From NCBI GenBank assembly GCA_964481385.1, contig CAYZTN010000001.1, positions 255-64,254 of the forward strand: 64,000 bases of DNA, in the 5' to 3' direction. The number at the start of each line of letters is the position of its first letter. Position 1 is the first letter of the stretch. Position numbers and translations under genes: made by a program. Below the pieces are notes generated by a model. It was not told the origin of the DNA, searched no databases, and saw nothing but the letters and a program-made list of their open reading frames with translations. This stretch comes from an uncultured Clostridium sp. Its GTDB lineage: Bacteria; Bacillota; Clostridia; TANB77; CAG-465. Below, piece by piece: positions 50,752 to 60,721 of the stretch.

Positions 50752-52167
50752 ATGAACACAAAATTAGAAAAATTTAAAAATACAATAAAGGGTAAAAAAG
50801 TAGGAGTAATAGGAATTGGGATTAGCAATATTCCAGCAATAAAATATTTAGCAAGTATGGGAGCTAAAGTTACTGCATTAGACAAAAGAGAAGCTTTAGA
50901 TATACCCACAGAAGATTTAGAAAATTTAGGTGTGCAGTTTGTACTTGGCGAAAGCTATTTATCTAATTTAAACGGTTTTGATTATATACTTCGTTCACCT
51001 GGTGTAAAACCTTTCACACCAGAATTAGAAAAAGCAGTAAACAGCGGAGTTAAACTTACATCAGAAATTGAACTTTTAATGGAACTTGCACCATGTAAAA
51101 TAATCGGAGTTACTGGGAGCGACGGAAAAACTACAACTACCACTTTAATTTCAATGTTTTTAAAGGAGGCTGGCTTTAATGTATGGCTTGGTGGAAATAT
51201 TGGTACACCATTATTTAGCAAGTTAGATGAAATGAAAGATACGGATATTGTAGTTTTGGAACTAAGCAGTTTTCAACTTATGACTGCTAAGCAAAGTCCA
51301 GATATTTCTGTTGTTACAAATATATCTCCTAACCACCTAGACTACCATAGAAGTTATGACGAATATATTGAGGCTAAAGAAAATATATTTTTACACGAAA
51401 GTAATAATACTGTAGTGTTTAACGCAGACGATGGTATGACAGAAAAGTTTTTGAAAGACATTGAAAAAAATGAGATTAGTAAAAGTGTTAAATATTTTAG
51501 CCTAAATAAAATGGAAAAAATAGGGTGTTTTTTCAAAGATGGTTTTATATACTACAATAACGGTAAAACAGTAGAAACAATAGAAAGTAAAGAAAACATT
51601 AGGTTAGTCGGAATGCATAACATCGCTAATATATGTGCGGCAGCTTCTGCAGTAATAGACCTTACAGGAATTGAAGCCATAGTACGTGTTATAACTACAT
51701 TTAACGGTGTAAAACACCGAATGCAACATATTGCTACAATAAACGGTGTAAAATGGTACAATGATTCAATTGGAACGAGCCCTTCAAGAACAATGGCTGG
51801 TTTAAACTCTTTTGATAAAAAAATAATACTTATTGCTGGTGGATATGACAAACACATTCCATACGATGTTTTAGGTGAACCTATTTTAAATAAAGTAAAA
51901 CACTTGGTTTTACTTGGTGCAACCGCTCCTAAAATTGAAAACGCAGTAATAGATGCAGCGGAGAAACTCAACAAAAATCACACTGATTTTTTAACAATTA
52001 CAAATTGTAATTCACTAGAAGAATGTGTTAATTATTGCAATTCAATTGCGAGTAGTGGCGATATAGTTGTAATGTCTCCGGCTTCTGCTTCTTTTGATAT
52101 GTACAAAAACTTTGAACAAAGAGGAGAACACTTCTACAGATTAGTAGATAACTTAAAAGACGCGTAA
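50752..52167 (+). CDS. murD: UDP-N-acetylmuramoylalanine--D-glutamate ligase
   Basis: 471 aa. GVTGSDGKTTTT ATP-binding motif; Mur ligase domain organisation. Confidence 0.9.
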   Translation: MNTKLEKFKNTIKGKKVGVIGIGISNIPAIKYLASMGAKVTALDKREALDIPTEDLENLGVQFVLGESYLSNLNGFDYILRSPGVKPFTPELEKAVNSGVKLTSEIELLMELAPCKIIGVTGSDGKTTTTTLISMFLKEAGFNVWLGGNIGTPLFSKLDEMKDTDIVVLELSSFQLMTAKQSPDISVVTNISPNHLDYHRSYDEYIEAKENIFLHESNNTVVFNADDGMTEKFLKDIEKNEISKSVKYFSLNKMEKIGCFFKDGFIYYNNGKTVETIESKENIRLVGMHNIANICAAASAVIDLTGIEAIVRVITTFNGVKHRMQHIATINGVKWYNDSIGTSPSRTMAGLNSFDKKIILIAGGYDKHIPYDVLGEPILNKVKHLVLLGATAPKIENAVIDAAEKLNKNHTDFLTITNCNSLEECVNYCNSIASSGDIVVMSPASASFDMYKNFEQRGEHFYRLVDNLKDA

Positions 52168-52178
52168 TGCGTCTTTTT

Positions 52179-52508
52179 TCATTCTGTAAAATTATCTCTA
52201 AATTCTTTAACCATTTTCTTTAATACAGCTAGTTGTTTATCTGTTAAATACACATCTGCAACTTCGCTGGCTGGTATAGTTAAAGAATCCGCAAACATAG
52301 TATCTAAACTCATATTTAAAACATTTGCAAGTCTTATTGCAGTTGTTACGCTTGGAGCTTTTACTCCTCTTTCAATATCTCCTAGGAAATTTTGAGATAC
52401 CCCTATTTCTTCAGCTAATGCATATTGAGTCATATCTTTACTAAGTCGACCCGCTCTTACCCTTTTACCCAACATGTTTAAATTCAAATATTTTGACATT
52501 ATTTTCAC
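52179..52508 (-). CDS. XRE-family helix-turn-helix transcriptional regulator
   Basis: 109 aa. LSKDMTQYALAEEIGVSQNFLGDIERG is an HTH_3 motif. Confidence 0.7.
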   Translation of the reverse strand: MKIMSKYLNLNMLGKRVRAGRLSKDMTQYALAEEIGVSQNFLGDIERGVKAPSVTTAIRLANVLNMSLDTMFADSLTIPASEVADVYLTDKQLAVLKKMVKEFRDNFTE

Positions 52509-52578
52509 CTCAGGTAAAATATATAGTAATAGCGTTTAAAACTGAACAAACCTTAAGTTTTAATATAAACACTTGGTG

Positions 52579-52971
52579 TTAAGTTTTTATAGAAACTACT
52601 GCATTTGCCACAGCAACTTTCTCTATGTGAGATATACTAACGTCTATAATGATAGTTTTTTCCTGTTGCGCCAAATCTAGTTTTGTGTTATTTAAAATTA
52701 CATACGGCCTATTTAAGCATGTGTTATCATTTAAAATTTCTATATCCCCTAACCAAATTGTGTCTCCATACTTTGCTGATAACGCTTTATACACGGCCTC
52801 TTTTGCTGCAAACCTTCCGGCATAATACTGGTATTTTATGCTTTCCGACTTTTTTTCCCCTACCTCAATTTCTTTCTCTGTAAATACTTTTTCTTTAAAG
52901 CCAACTGTATCTTGTATGGCTTTCTTTACTCTTTCGACTTCAATTATATCTGTTCCACAAAACTGTAACAT
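52579..52971 (-). CDS. acpS: Holo-[acyl-carrier-protein] synthase
   Basis: MLQFCGTDIIEVERV... with RBS GGGGAGAG directly upstream of the internal ATG. The ORF-track start at 53007 has no RBS. Confidence 0.85.
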   Translation of the reverse strand: MLQFCGTDIIEVERVKKAIQDTVGFKEKVFTEKEIEVGEKKSESIKYQYYAGRFAAKEAVYKALSAKYGDTIWLGDIEILNDNTCLNRPYVILNNTKLDLAQQEKTIIIDVSISHIEKVAVANAVVSIKT

Positions 52972-53050
52972 ACTCTCCCCCAAAAACTTACACATAAATT
53001 TTAACACAAGTATTGCTTTTTTTCAAATTATGTATTATAATAATTGTGTT

Positions 53051-53126
53051 ACGGGGCGTAGCTCAGTTGGTAGAGCGCGTGGTTTGGGACCATGAGGTCG
53101 CAGGTTCGGGTCCTGTCGCTCCGACC
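53051..53126 (+). tRNA. tRNA-Pro (anticodon TGG)
   Basis: Hand-folded cloverleaf. Acceptor CGGGGCG/CGCTCCG, D-arm GCTC-AGTTGGTA-GAGC, anticodon stem CGTGG/CCATG with loop TTTGGGA, T-arm GCAGG-TTCGGGT-CCTGT, discriminator A, encoded CCA. 76 nt. Confidence 0.85.
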
Positions 53127-53412
53127 ATATTAACGAAAAATTCTAAGTTTTGTTACTTAGAATTTTTTTATGCTTTCTTTTTTAATAAACTTCCATCGGA
53201 TTTTTTATTTACTCCTATAAAGCTTGTTTCACTCACATTCACTAAAATGTCCTTTATGTCTGATAGTTGTTACCTCTGTCCCTTAAATTGGTCAAAACCG
53301 TCCATGACCATTTAGTCACTTAGTTTATCTTTCTTCAATTGATTTGCTATATATTCATTTGATTTCTTGGTATTCTTGCTAGCTCCACAGACTATCTAGT
53401 TATTTGTACAAT

Positions 53413-53453
53413 CAGTGTCATTTGAAAACGTCCCAAATGGCACTGATTAATTA
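53413..53453. repeat. Palindromic repeat, copy 5 (CAGTGTCATTTG-aaaacgtccc-AAATGGCACTG + ATTAATTA), inverted orientation
   Basis: The loop is the reverse complement of GGGACGTTTT. It abuts the polC stop codon. Confidence 0.8.
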
Positions 53454-56400
53454 CAAATTATCAAACAAGCTTACTTGAAGTGAGTTTGGCATTCCTTTTA
53501 AACAGCCATAGCTTTCCAAAAGTTCCATTCCTGACTTTCCAAGCTTCGCTCTTCTCATCAAATCTTCTTTTGAGTTAAATTGCTCTTCTTCTCTTGCCTT
53601 TAACACATTTTCTGCGTTAACTTCACCAAAGTTTGGTATTGCAGATAGAGGTGGTCTTAAGCTTCCATCTTCTATCAAAAATTTCTTGGAATGAGATTTA
53701 TACAAGTCTATTGGTAAGAAGTTTATATGTCTTTTATTCATTTCAAGCACTATCTCCAAGATTGGATACATGCCTTTTTCTTTCTGACTCGCTTGATTAC
53801 CAAGCATATCTATTTCTTTCATTTTCTCTAAAACTTTTGTCTCTCCGTAAAGCATGGAATCTGCATCAAATTCGTCAGCACGTATTGAGAAAAATGCTGC
53901 ATAATATGCTTCTGGAATATGTACTTTAAACCACGCAATTCTAAACGCCATTGTAACGTATGCTACAGCATGGGCTTTTGGGAACATGTACTTTATCTTT
54001 TTACATGAGTCTATATACCAATCTGGAACACCATGTTCTTTCATCTGCGTCTCATAATCTGGCCACTTTGGCTCTTTTCCTTTAGCTACTTTTCCTTTAC
54101 GCACACTTTCCATTATTTTAAATGCCGTGTTTGGCTCAAGTCCTTTATCCATAAGATAAATCATTATATCGTCACGAGTACAAATAGCTTCACTAAGTGT
54201 TGCTCTTCCTTCTTCAATAAGGGTTTGTGCATTGTTTAGCCACACGTCTGTACCATGTGACAAACCAGAAATACGAATTAGTTCCTCAAATGTAGTAGGT
54301 TTCGTATCTACAAGCATACCTCTAACAAACTTTGTTCCAAACTCTGGCACGCCGTATGTTCCTACTTCAGAGTGTATTTCCTCTTTTGTAACGCCTAATG
54401 CGTCAGTTGAACTAAATATGGACATGGTGTCTTTATCGTCTAGTGGTATTGTTTTTGGGTCTACTCCTGTTAAATCTTGCAACATACGAATAACCGTTGG
54501 GTCATCGTGTCCAAGTATATCTAGCTTTAGTAAGTTTTTATCTATTGAGTGGTAATCAAAATGAGTTGTAACTATTGTCGAATGAGGATCATCGGCTGGG
54601 TGCTGTACAGGACAAAACTCATATATTTCCCTTCCTTTTGGTACAACTATAATTCCACCAGGGTGCTGACCTGACGTCCTTTTAATACCAGTACAGCCTC
54701 TTGCAATTCTATTTATCTCAGGTGTAAGCATTTTTTTATTACGTTCTTCCAAGTATTTTAATACAAAACCATAGGCTGTTTTATCTGCAACCGTACCTAT
54801 TGTTCCAGCTTTGTATGTAGTTCCTTTTCCAAATATTACTTCTGTATATCTATGTGCTTTTGCCTGGTAATCTCCTGAGAAGTTAAGGTCAATATCTGGC
54901 TCTTTGTCTCCATTAAAACCTAGGAACGTCTCGAATGGAATATCCATTCCGTCTTTTTCAAGTTTTTCACCACACACTGGGCAATCTTTATCCGGTAAGT
55001 CAAAGCCATTTTTTACGCCATGGTCTGAAAAATCTGAATACTTACACTTTTTACATCTATAGTGTGCTTTTAAAGAGTTTACCTCAGTAATACCAGTCAT
55101 GTTTGCAACAAATGACGAACCAACAGAACCTCTGGAACCAACTAGATAACCATCTTCATTAGACTTCCAAACAAGTTTTTGAGCAATGATATACATTACG
55201 GAGAAGCCGTTTTTAATAATTGAGTCTAGCTCTTTTTCAAGTCTTTCTTTTACTATGTCAGGAAGTGGGTCGCCATAAAGTTCATGCGCCTTGCTTTCTG
55301 CAATATTTCTAATAGTTTCCTCACAGCCATCAATGTGTGGCGGACACTTTTCATCAGATATTGGAGTAATTCTGTCGCACATATCTGCAACTAAGTTTGT
55401 GTTCGTTACAACTATTTCATATGCTTTCTCTGGTGGCAAGTAATCAAACTCTTTTAACATTTCTTCCGTTGTTCTAAAGTATAGCGGTGCTTGTTCATCT
55501 GCGTCACTAAAGCCCATTCCAGCCATTATTATCCTTCTATATATCTCGTCTTCTGGGTTTAAAAAGTGAACGTCACACGTTGCAACAACGGGCTTATTTA
55601 ACTTTTCTCCCAAGTTTACTATATCTACATTTATCTGTTTTAATTCTTCTTCACTTAAATATACTAACTCGCCTTTTTTGTTTTCTCTACCACTACGCGT
55701 ATAGAATCTGTTGTTGCCTAAAGGTTGTACCTCTAAATAGTCATAGAAGTTTGCAATAGCTTCAATTTGCTCTGGGCTTTCTTTTTCAAATATTGCTTGG
55801 TAAAGCTCGCCACTTTCACACGCACTTCCAATAAGCAAACCTTCTTTGTACCTATTTAACATTGACCTAGATATTCTAGGACGTTTATTAAAATATGTAA
55901 CATGTGAGTAGGATATAAGGCGGTAAAGATTTTTAAGTCCCGTGTAATTTTTAGCAAATATTATTATGTGGTAATATGGCAGACGTTTCATATCTTCAAT
56001 CTGACTCGAATATACATAACCTGTAATGTCTATTCCGCGAGACACTGCATCTTCCAACATTTTAAGCATGACATGAACAGTAGCTCTTGTGTCGTTTATT
56101 GCTCTATGTGCTCCTTCAAGTGTTACGCCTAAATTTTCTGCAAGTGTTCCAAGTTTGTGATTTTCAAATGTTGGATAAAGTTCACGTGCAATAACTAATG
56201 TATCCATAACATAAGGTGTCATTTTATCCCAGATTTTTTGTTCTTCTGCATTATGACGTATAAAACCCACATCGAACTTGGCATTATGTGCAACAAGTAC
56301 ACTTCCAGATATAAAGTCCAAAAATTTTGGCAAAACGTCCTCTATTGTTGGTGCGTCTTTTACCATATCTGGAGTAATATGCGTTAACTCTTGTACTTCT

Positions 56401-57854
56401 TTTGGAATTATACACTCTGGGTTAACAAAAGTTGCAAATTCATCCACTATTTCCCCAGCTTTAACTTTACATGCTGCAATTTCTGTTATTTTACAAGTTC
56501 TTGCGTCAAGTCCCGTTGTTTCAATATCGAAAACAACATATGTATCTGGCATTTTAAAGTCAGGCTCTATATCCTGTACAAGATAGCCCTCAACACCATA
56601 CAAAACCTTTATTGGAGCTGCGTCTAATACCTCTTGCGTTGTAGGATAACCAGATTCTTTTTTTACAAGTGAAGTAAAATTATCCATTATTACGTGGTGT
56701 GCTTCGGGGAATGCTTGTACTACTCCATGGTCTGTTATAGCAACAGCTTTATGCCCCCACTTAATTGCATTTTTAATAATGCTTGTACATGAACTTACAC
56801 CATCCATCGCACTCATCTGTGTATGCATGTGAAGCTCCACACGTTTATTTTCCGCATTGTCCATTCTTCCCTTTGGTTTTTCCCATTCAATAAGGTTATT
56901 TAAAAGCATTGTAAGCTCTTTAGCATATGGGTCATATTGTGCTTTACCAGATGCCTTAACGTACGTGCCCTCTTTCACACGCGATTTAATCTTAGCAAGT
57001 TTTTTATCATCTAAAAACATCTTTGTAGCAATAGTACTTGTCCTATCACTAATGTCCAAGGTTAAAAGCTTTTTGCCAGATTTGAGTTCTCTTTCCTCCA
57101 TAAGTTCAACACGTCCTGCAATGCAGGCTTTATCATAATCGGTATTTAAATCCTCTATGTTGTCTATTTTTTCTTTGGTAATATCTCTACCATATATTAC
57201 AACCGAATTTTCCTCTGCGTCATCTTCTGCGGGCTTTTCAAAATTTTCCTTTGGAGCAGGAGTAAAACTTGGTACACTCGCATTATTGCTTTCTTTCTGC
57301 TTTTGTTTTTCCTGTACGTCTTGAGTTGACACAGTTGCGATATCTTCTCTTTTTACCACAAATTCCATTGGTGAAGTTTCTGTTTTAAATGCTGGATTAT
57401 CTGCTATATTTACTTCTTTTTCTTCACCAAAAAAGCCTTTTATGCAACTAGAAATTAACTCGTCCACTTTTTTAAGTCTTAAAAAACCGCTCTGGTTGTT
57501 TTTTAATTCTATAGTAACTGTTTCTTCTCCAACGACTATATTTCCGTTATCAAAAACCTGAGATAAATATGGTCTTGTGTGTTTTAAATATTCAATTATA
57601 TTAAATACATCTTGTTCTTCAATGCCTAAAGGCGAAGGGCAACTAAACTTTAGCTTAAAGTCATTTAGGCTAAAACACGTTTTTGCATTATCTGTAAAGT
57701 CTGAAACATCGACAGGATTTATCTTTCTGTCTATATTTATGTACATTATAGCGGTATTTGCTTTTTCTGAAAACTTTATTTCTTGCAACTCTAACTCTGC
57801 CAAAGTACTATTTTCACTTAAAGCTTTACCAAACAACTCCTTTATTTTTCTCAT
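53451..57854 (-). CDS. polC: DNA polymerase III PolC-type (Gram-positive replicative polymerase)
   Basis: PHP domain, DnaQ-like 3'-5' exonuclease (VVFDIETTGL), zinc finger CKKCKY...CPVCG, polymerase core. Start reassigned to the ATG at 57852-57854 with RBS GGGGGT; the ORF-track start is 57890. Confidence 0.95.
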   Translation of the reverse strand: MRKIKELFGKALSENSTLAELELQEIKFSEKANTAIMYINIDRKINPVDVSDFTDNAKTCFSLNDFKLKFSCPSPLGIEEQDVFNIIEYLKHTRPYLSQVFDNGNIVVGEETVTIELKNNQSGFLRLKKVDELISSCIKGFFGEEKEVNIADNPAFKTETSPMEFVVKREDIATVSTQDVQEKQKQKESNNASVPSFTPAPKENFEKPAEDDAEENSVVIYGRDITKEKIDNIEDLNTDYDKACIAGRVELMEERELKSGKKLLTLDISDRTSTIATKMFLDDKKLAKIKSRVKEGTYVKASGKAQYDPYAKELTMLLNNLIEWEKPKGRMDNAENKRVELHMHTQMSAMDGVSSCTSIIKNAIKWGHKAVAITDHGVVQAFPEAHHVIMDNFTSLVKKESGYPTTQEVLDAAPIKVLYGVEGYLVQDIEPDFKMPDTYVVFDIETTGLDARTCKITEIAACKVKAGEIVDEFATFVNPECIIPKEVQELTHITPDMVKDAPTIEDVLPKFLDFISGSVLVAHNAKFDVGFIRHNAEEQKIWDKMTPYVMDTLVIARELYPTFENHKLGTLAENLGVTLEGAHRAINDTRATVHVMLKMLEDAVSRGIDITGYVYSSQIEDMKRLPYYHIIIFAKNYTGLKNLYRLISYSHVTYFNKRPRISRSMLNRYKEGLLIGSACESGELYQAIFEKESPEQIEAIANFYDYLEVQPLGNNRFYTRSGRENKKGELVYLSEEELKQINVDIVNLGEKLNKPVVATCDVHFLNPEDEIYRRIIMAGMGFSDADEQAPLYFRTTEEMLKEFDYLPPEKAYEIVVTNTNLVADMCDRITPISDEKCPPHIDGCEETIRNIAESKAHELYGDPLPDIVKERLEKELDSIIKNGFSVMYIIAQKLVWKSNEDGYLVGSRGSVGSSFVANMTGITEVNSLKAHYRCKKCKYSDFSDHGVKNGFDLPDKDCPVCGEKLEKDGMDIPFETFLGFNGDKEPDIDLNFSGDYQAKAHRYTEVIFGKGTTYKAGTIGTVADKTAYGFVLKYLEERNKKMLTPEINRIARGCTGIKRTSGQHPGGIIVVPKGREIYEFCPVQHPADDPHSTIVTTHFDYHSIDKNLLKLDILGHDDPTVIRMLQDLTGVDPKTIPLDDKDTMSIFSSTDALGVTKEEIHSEVGTYGVPEFGTKFVRGMLVDTKPTTFEELIRISGLSHGTDVWLNNAQTLIEEGRATLSEAICTRDDIMIYLMDKGLEPNTAFKIMESVRKGKVAKGKEPKWPDYETQMKEHGVPDWYIDSCKKIKYMFPKAHAVAYVTMAFRIAWFKVHIPEAYYAAFFSIRADEFDADSMLYGETKVLEKMKEIDMLGNQASQKEKGMYPILEIVLEMNKRHINFLPIDLYKSHSKKFLIEDGSLRPPLSAIPNFGEVNAENVLKAREEEQFNSKEDLMRRAKLGKSGMELLESYGCLKGMPNSLQVSLFDNL

Positions 57855-57948
57855 ATTTACCCCCACATAGAAATTAAAAACCCAAAGCACACGTAATATT
57901 TGTACATTTTGGATTTTTAATTTTTCTTTTGTTTTTCTTATTATTTAG

Positions 57949-59205
57949 TTATATTATTCGTATTATATCTTTTATAGTTACATATATAGTGAGCGCTATC
58001 AAAAGTACAAAACCTATACCACTTAATACCAATTCTACTTTTTCTGGCACACGTTTTCTTGTTACTCCCTCTACCGCTACTAACACTATTTTACCACCAT
58101 CAAGCGGTGGGAATGGCATAATGTTTGCCATACCAATAGCAAGTGAAATTGTTGCAACCAAGCTTAGTAATTCCATAATTCCATCTGCTTTAGAGACCAT
58201 TTCTCCTACGCCAACTATTCCAGACATTTGTGTAAGTTTTACTTTACCTTTAAATAAATCTACGTACGAATTAACCACTCTAATTACAGTATTAACAGAT
58301 TTATACCATGAGTATTTAAATGTTGTAGGTGTAACATCTACACTAGTTATACCTAGATTAACATACTCTGTTTTTGCTGGTGTTATTTTTAAATTTTTAG
58401 TTTCACCGTTTCTTGAAACTACAATGTCTACTTCTTGTTCAACATACTTTGTAACATTAGATATTACTTCTGCAGAGTTTTGAACGTTAACGCCACCTAC
58501 ACTAATTACTGTATCTCCAGCTTTAATTCCAGCTGCTTCTGCTCTTGATCCAGGCTCTACAATGTTTATAACTGGTTTAATTGTTCCATCTTCATTTAGC
58601 AAAGTGGAATCAAAATACGTTCCTATATATCCTTTTGTACTTACAACGCCCTTAACTACAGCAGTCTTTTTTTCACCATTAGAAATATATTCTACTTCTA
58701 CATCTTTTTCAGTTATATCGTCATAAAGTGCAATATCTTGATATATATGTGTTGAAATGCTACCAATCTTTGTAACTACATCACCATCACGAAGTCCTGC
58801 TTCATATAGCACGCTCTCTTCTGGTAAATTTCTTAATGCAGTTGTATATGTATCTGTTCCAAAGTTTATACCCAGCATTATGCAAATTCCAAGTATGAAG
58901 TTAAATACAACACCTGCTACTAGTACCAATATTCTTTGCCAGCAAGGCTTATTGCTAAATGAATTCTCGGATTTTGTACTACCATCTTCACCTTCAATAT
59001 CTACATAACCACCAAGTAATACTAATCGAAAAGAGTAAGTTGTACCTTTAAACTTTTTTTGCCAAAGTGCTTTACCAAAACCAATACTAAATTCGTTTAC
59101 CGTCATTTTAAACGCTTTTGCAACCATAAAATGACCAAATTCATGTACTATGGCAACAACAGATAATACTATTATTAGTTCCACTACAGTAATTAAAAAA
59201 CTCAA
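57949..59205 (-). CDS. rseP: RIP metalloprotease RseP/RasP (site-2 protease)
   Basis: 418 aa. HEFGHF (HExxH), PDZ domain, LDG motif (PFPPLDGGK). Confidence 0.9.
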   Translation of the reverse strand: MSFLITVVELIIVLSVVAIVHEFGHFMVAKAFKMTVNEFSIGFGKALWQKKFKGTTYSFRLVLLGGYVDIEGEDGSTKSENSFSNKPCWQRILVLVAGVVFNFILGICIMLGINFGTDTYTTALRNLPEESVLYEAGLRDGDVVTKIGSISTHIYQDIALYDDITEKDVEVEYISNGEKKTAVVKGVVSTKGYIGTYFDSTLLNEDGTIKPVINIVEPGSRAEAAGIKAGDTVISVGGVNVQNSAEVISNVTKYVEQEVDIVVSRNGETKNLKITPAKTEYVNLGITSVDVTPTTFKYSWYKSVNTVIRVVNSYVDLFKGKVKLTQMSGIVGVGEMVSKADGIMELLSLVATISLAIGMANIMPFPPLDGGKIVLVAVEGVTRKRVPEKVELVLSGIGFVLLIALTIYVTIKDIIRII

Positions 59206-59237
59206 AACTCATCTCGACCTTTCTTAAACTTAATTTA

Positions 59238-60050
59238 TTATATGTATAATTTTATAAAAATATATACTATTGGTGCAACAAACATTAAACTATCAAAACG
59301 ATCTAATATTCCACCATGTCCTGGCATAATCTTGCCAGAGTCTTTAATTTTACAATATCTTTTAATTGCAGATTCTGTTAAATCTCCAAATTGACCCGCT
59401 ACTGCTGCAACAAGTGCAACAAATATCCAATAAAAGATATTTACATTTATATTAAATGCGTATCTTCCAATAAGTGCTAATATCATAAATGCAATTAGCA
59501 CTCCAATTATTCCGCCAATAGATCCTTCAACTGTTTTATTCGGGCTTATATCTGGTGCAAGTTTTGTCTTTCCTATTTTAGAACCCACCAAAAATGCACA
59601 CGTGTCGCTTATAAACGCACCGCAGAACACAAACAATATGTAGAATCTACCATAAGGCAGGGCTAATATTAACTTAATAAATGATAAAGTAAATGGTATG
59701 TATAGTATTCCAAGTATTGTTATAGCAATATCTTTCATGCTTCTTTTTACATTTGATAACGTTATATAAGCAAACGAACCTATCAAAACTAAAGGGAGCA
59801 GTATTTTAATCATCATTATCCTGTATGCCTCAGGCATAAGGCCACCTGTTAAAATTATACAAAGGCAACCAAGATAAGATATCCAAGATATTGGTTTACA
59901 ACCAATTCCTCTAAAAGCTCTTAGATATTCAAACATCGCTATAACAGAAATTGCAACTACTGTTATTGTGTCAAACCATCTATTGTCTATAACAAGTACT
60001 GCAACCCAAAGAAGTACAAACACTACCGATGATACTATCCTTTTTTTCAT
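59238..60050 (-). CDS. cdsA: Phosphatidate cytidylyltransferase
   Basis: 270 aa polytopic protein. C-terminal signature SGKIMPGHGGILDRFDS. Confidence 0.9.
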   Translation of the reverse strand: MKKRIVSSVVFVLLWVAVLVIDNRWFDTITVVAISVIAMFEYLRAFRGIGCKPISWISYLGCLCIILTGGLMPEAYRIMMIKILLPLVLIGSFAYITLSNVKRSMKDIAITILGILYIPFTLSFIKLILALPYGRFYILFVFCGAFISDTCAFLVGSKIGKTKLAPDISPNKTVEGSIGGIIGVLIAFMILALIGRYAFNINVNIFYWIFVALVAAVAGQFGDLTESAIKRYCKIKDSGKIMPGHGGILDRFDSLMFVAPIVYIFIKLYI

Positions 60051-60053
60051 AAT

Positions 60054-60602
60054 TTATACTTCCATTATTTCCTTTTCTTTTTCAGCAACTTTAGTTGATA
60101 CCAAATCAACGTATTTATCCGTTAGCTTTTGAATCTTTTCTTCCTCGCTACGGCGTTCATCTTCGCTCATTTCTCCATCTTTTTCAAGTTTTTTTGCTGT
60201 ATCCATAGCGTCTCTTCTAATATTTCTTATTGTAACTTTAACATTTTCTCCAAGCTCTCTGATATCTTTTGCAAGTTCTTTACGTCTTGCTTCAGTTAAC
60301 TCAGGAAACATCAAACGAATTCCCGATGCATCTTGAAGTGGGTTTATACCGATATCTGCTTTAGTTATTGCCTTAGCAATTTCAGGTATAAGATTTCTAT
60401 CCCAAGGTGTAATTAAAATTTGTCTTGGCTCCGGTACAGAAACTGAAGCTAATTGATTTACTGGAGTAACCGCTCCATAATATTCTACTTTAACCTTATT
60501 TAATATTTGTGGGTTTGCACGTCCTGCACGAATATTTCCAAGCTCCTCTTCTAAGTATTCTATTTTCTCTTTCATTTTAATTTCAAAGTCATTTAAATCC
60601 AT
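60054..60602 (-). CDS. frr: Ribosome recycling factor
   Basis: 182 aa. Typical RRF sequence (LNKVKVEYYG...RNIRRDA). Confidence 0.95.
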   Translation of the reverse strand: MDLNDFEIKMKEKIEYLEEELGNIRAGRANPQILNKVKVEYYGAVTPVNQLASVSVPEPRQILITPWDRNLIPEIAKAITKADIGINPLQDASGIRLMFPELTEARRKELAKDIRELGENVKVTIRNIRRDAMDTAKKLEKDGEMSEDERRSEEEKIQKLTDKYVDLVSTKVAEKEKEIMEV

Positions 60603-60646
60603 ATATTTTTCTCCTCCTAAACACTTAATAATTATACTATATTTAC

Positions 60647-60683
60647 AGAAAAAAGCAAGTCTAAACTAAAGTTTGACTCGCTT
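60647..60683 (-). terminator. Rho-independent terminator after the isolated pilin gene
   Basis: GCAAGTC-N13-GACTCGC (one mismatch) followed by a U-run on the minus strand. Confidence 0.4.
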
Positions 60684-60721
60684 ACTTTAAATAACACATA
60701 AAATCACATTTTCTGTTTGAC

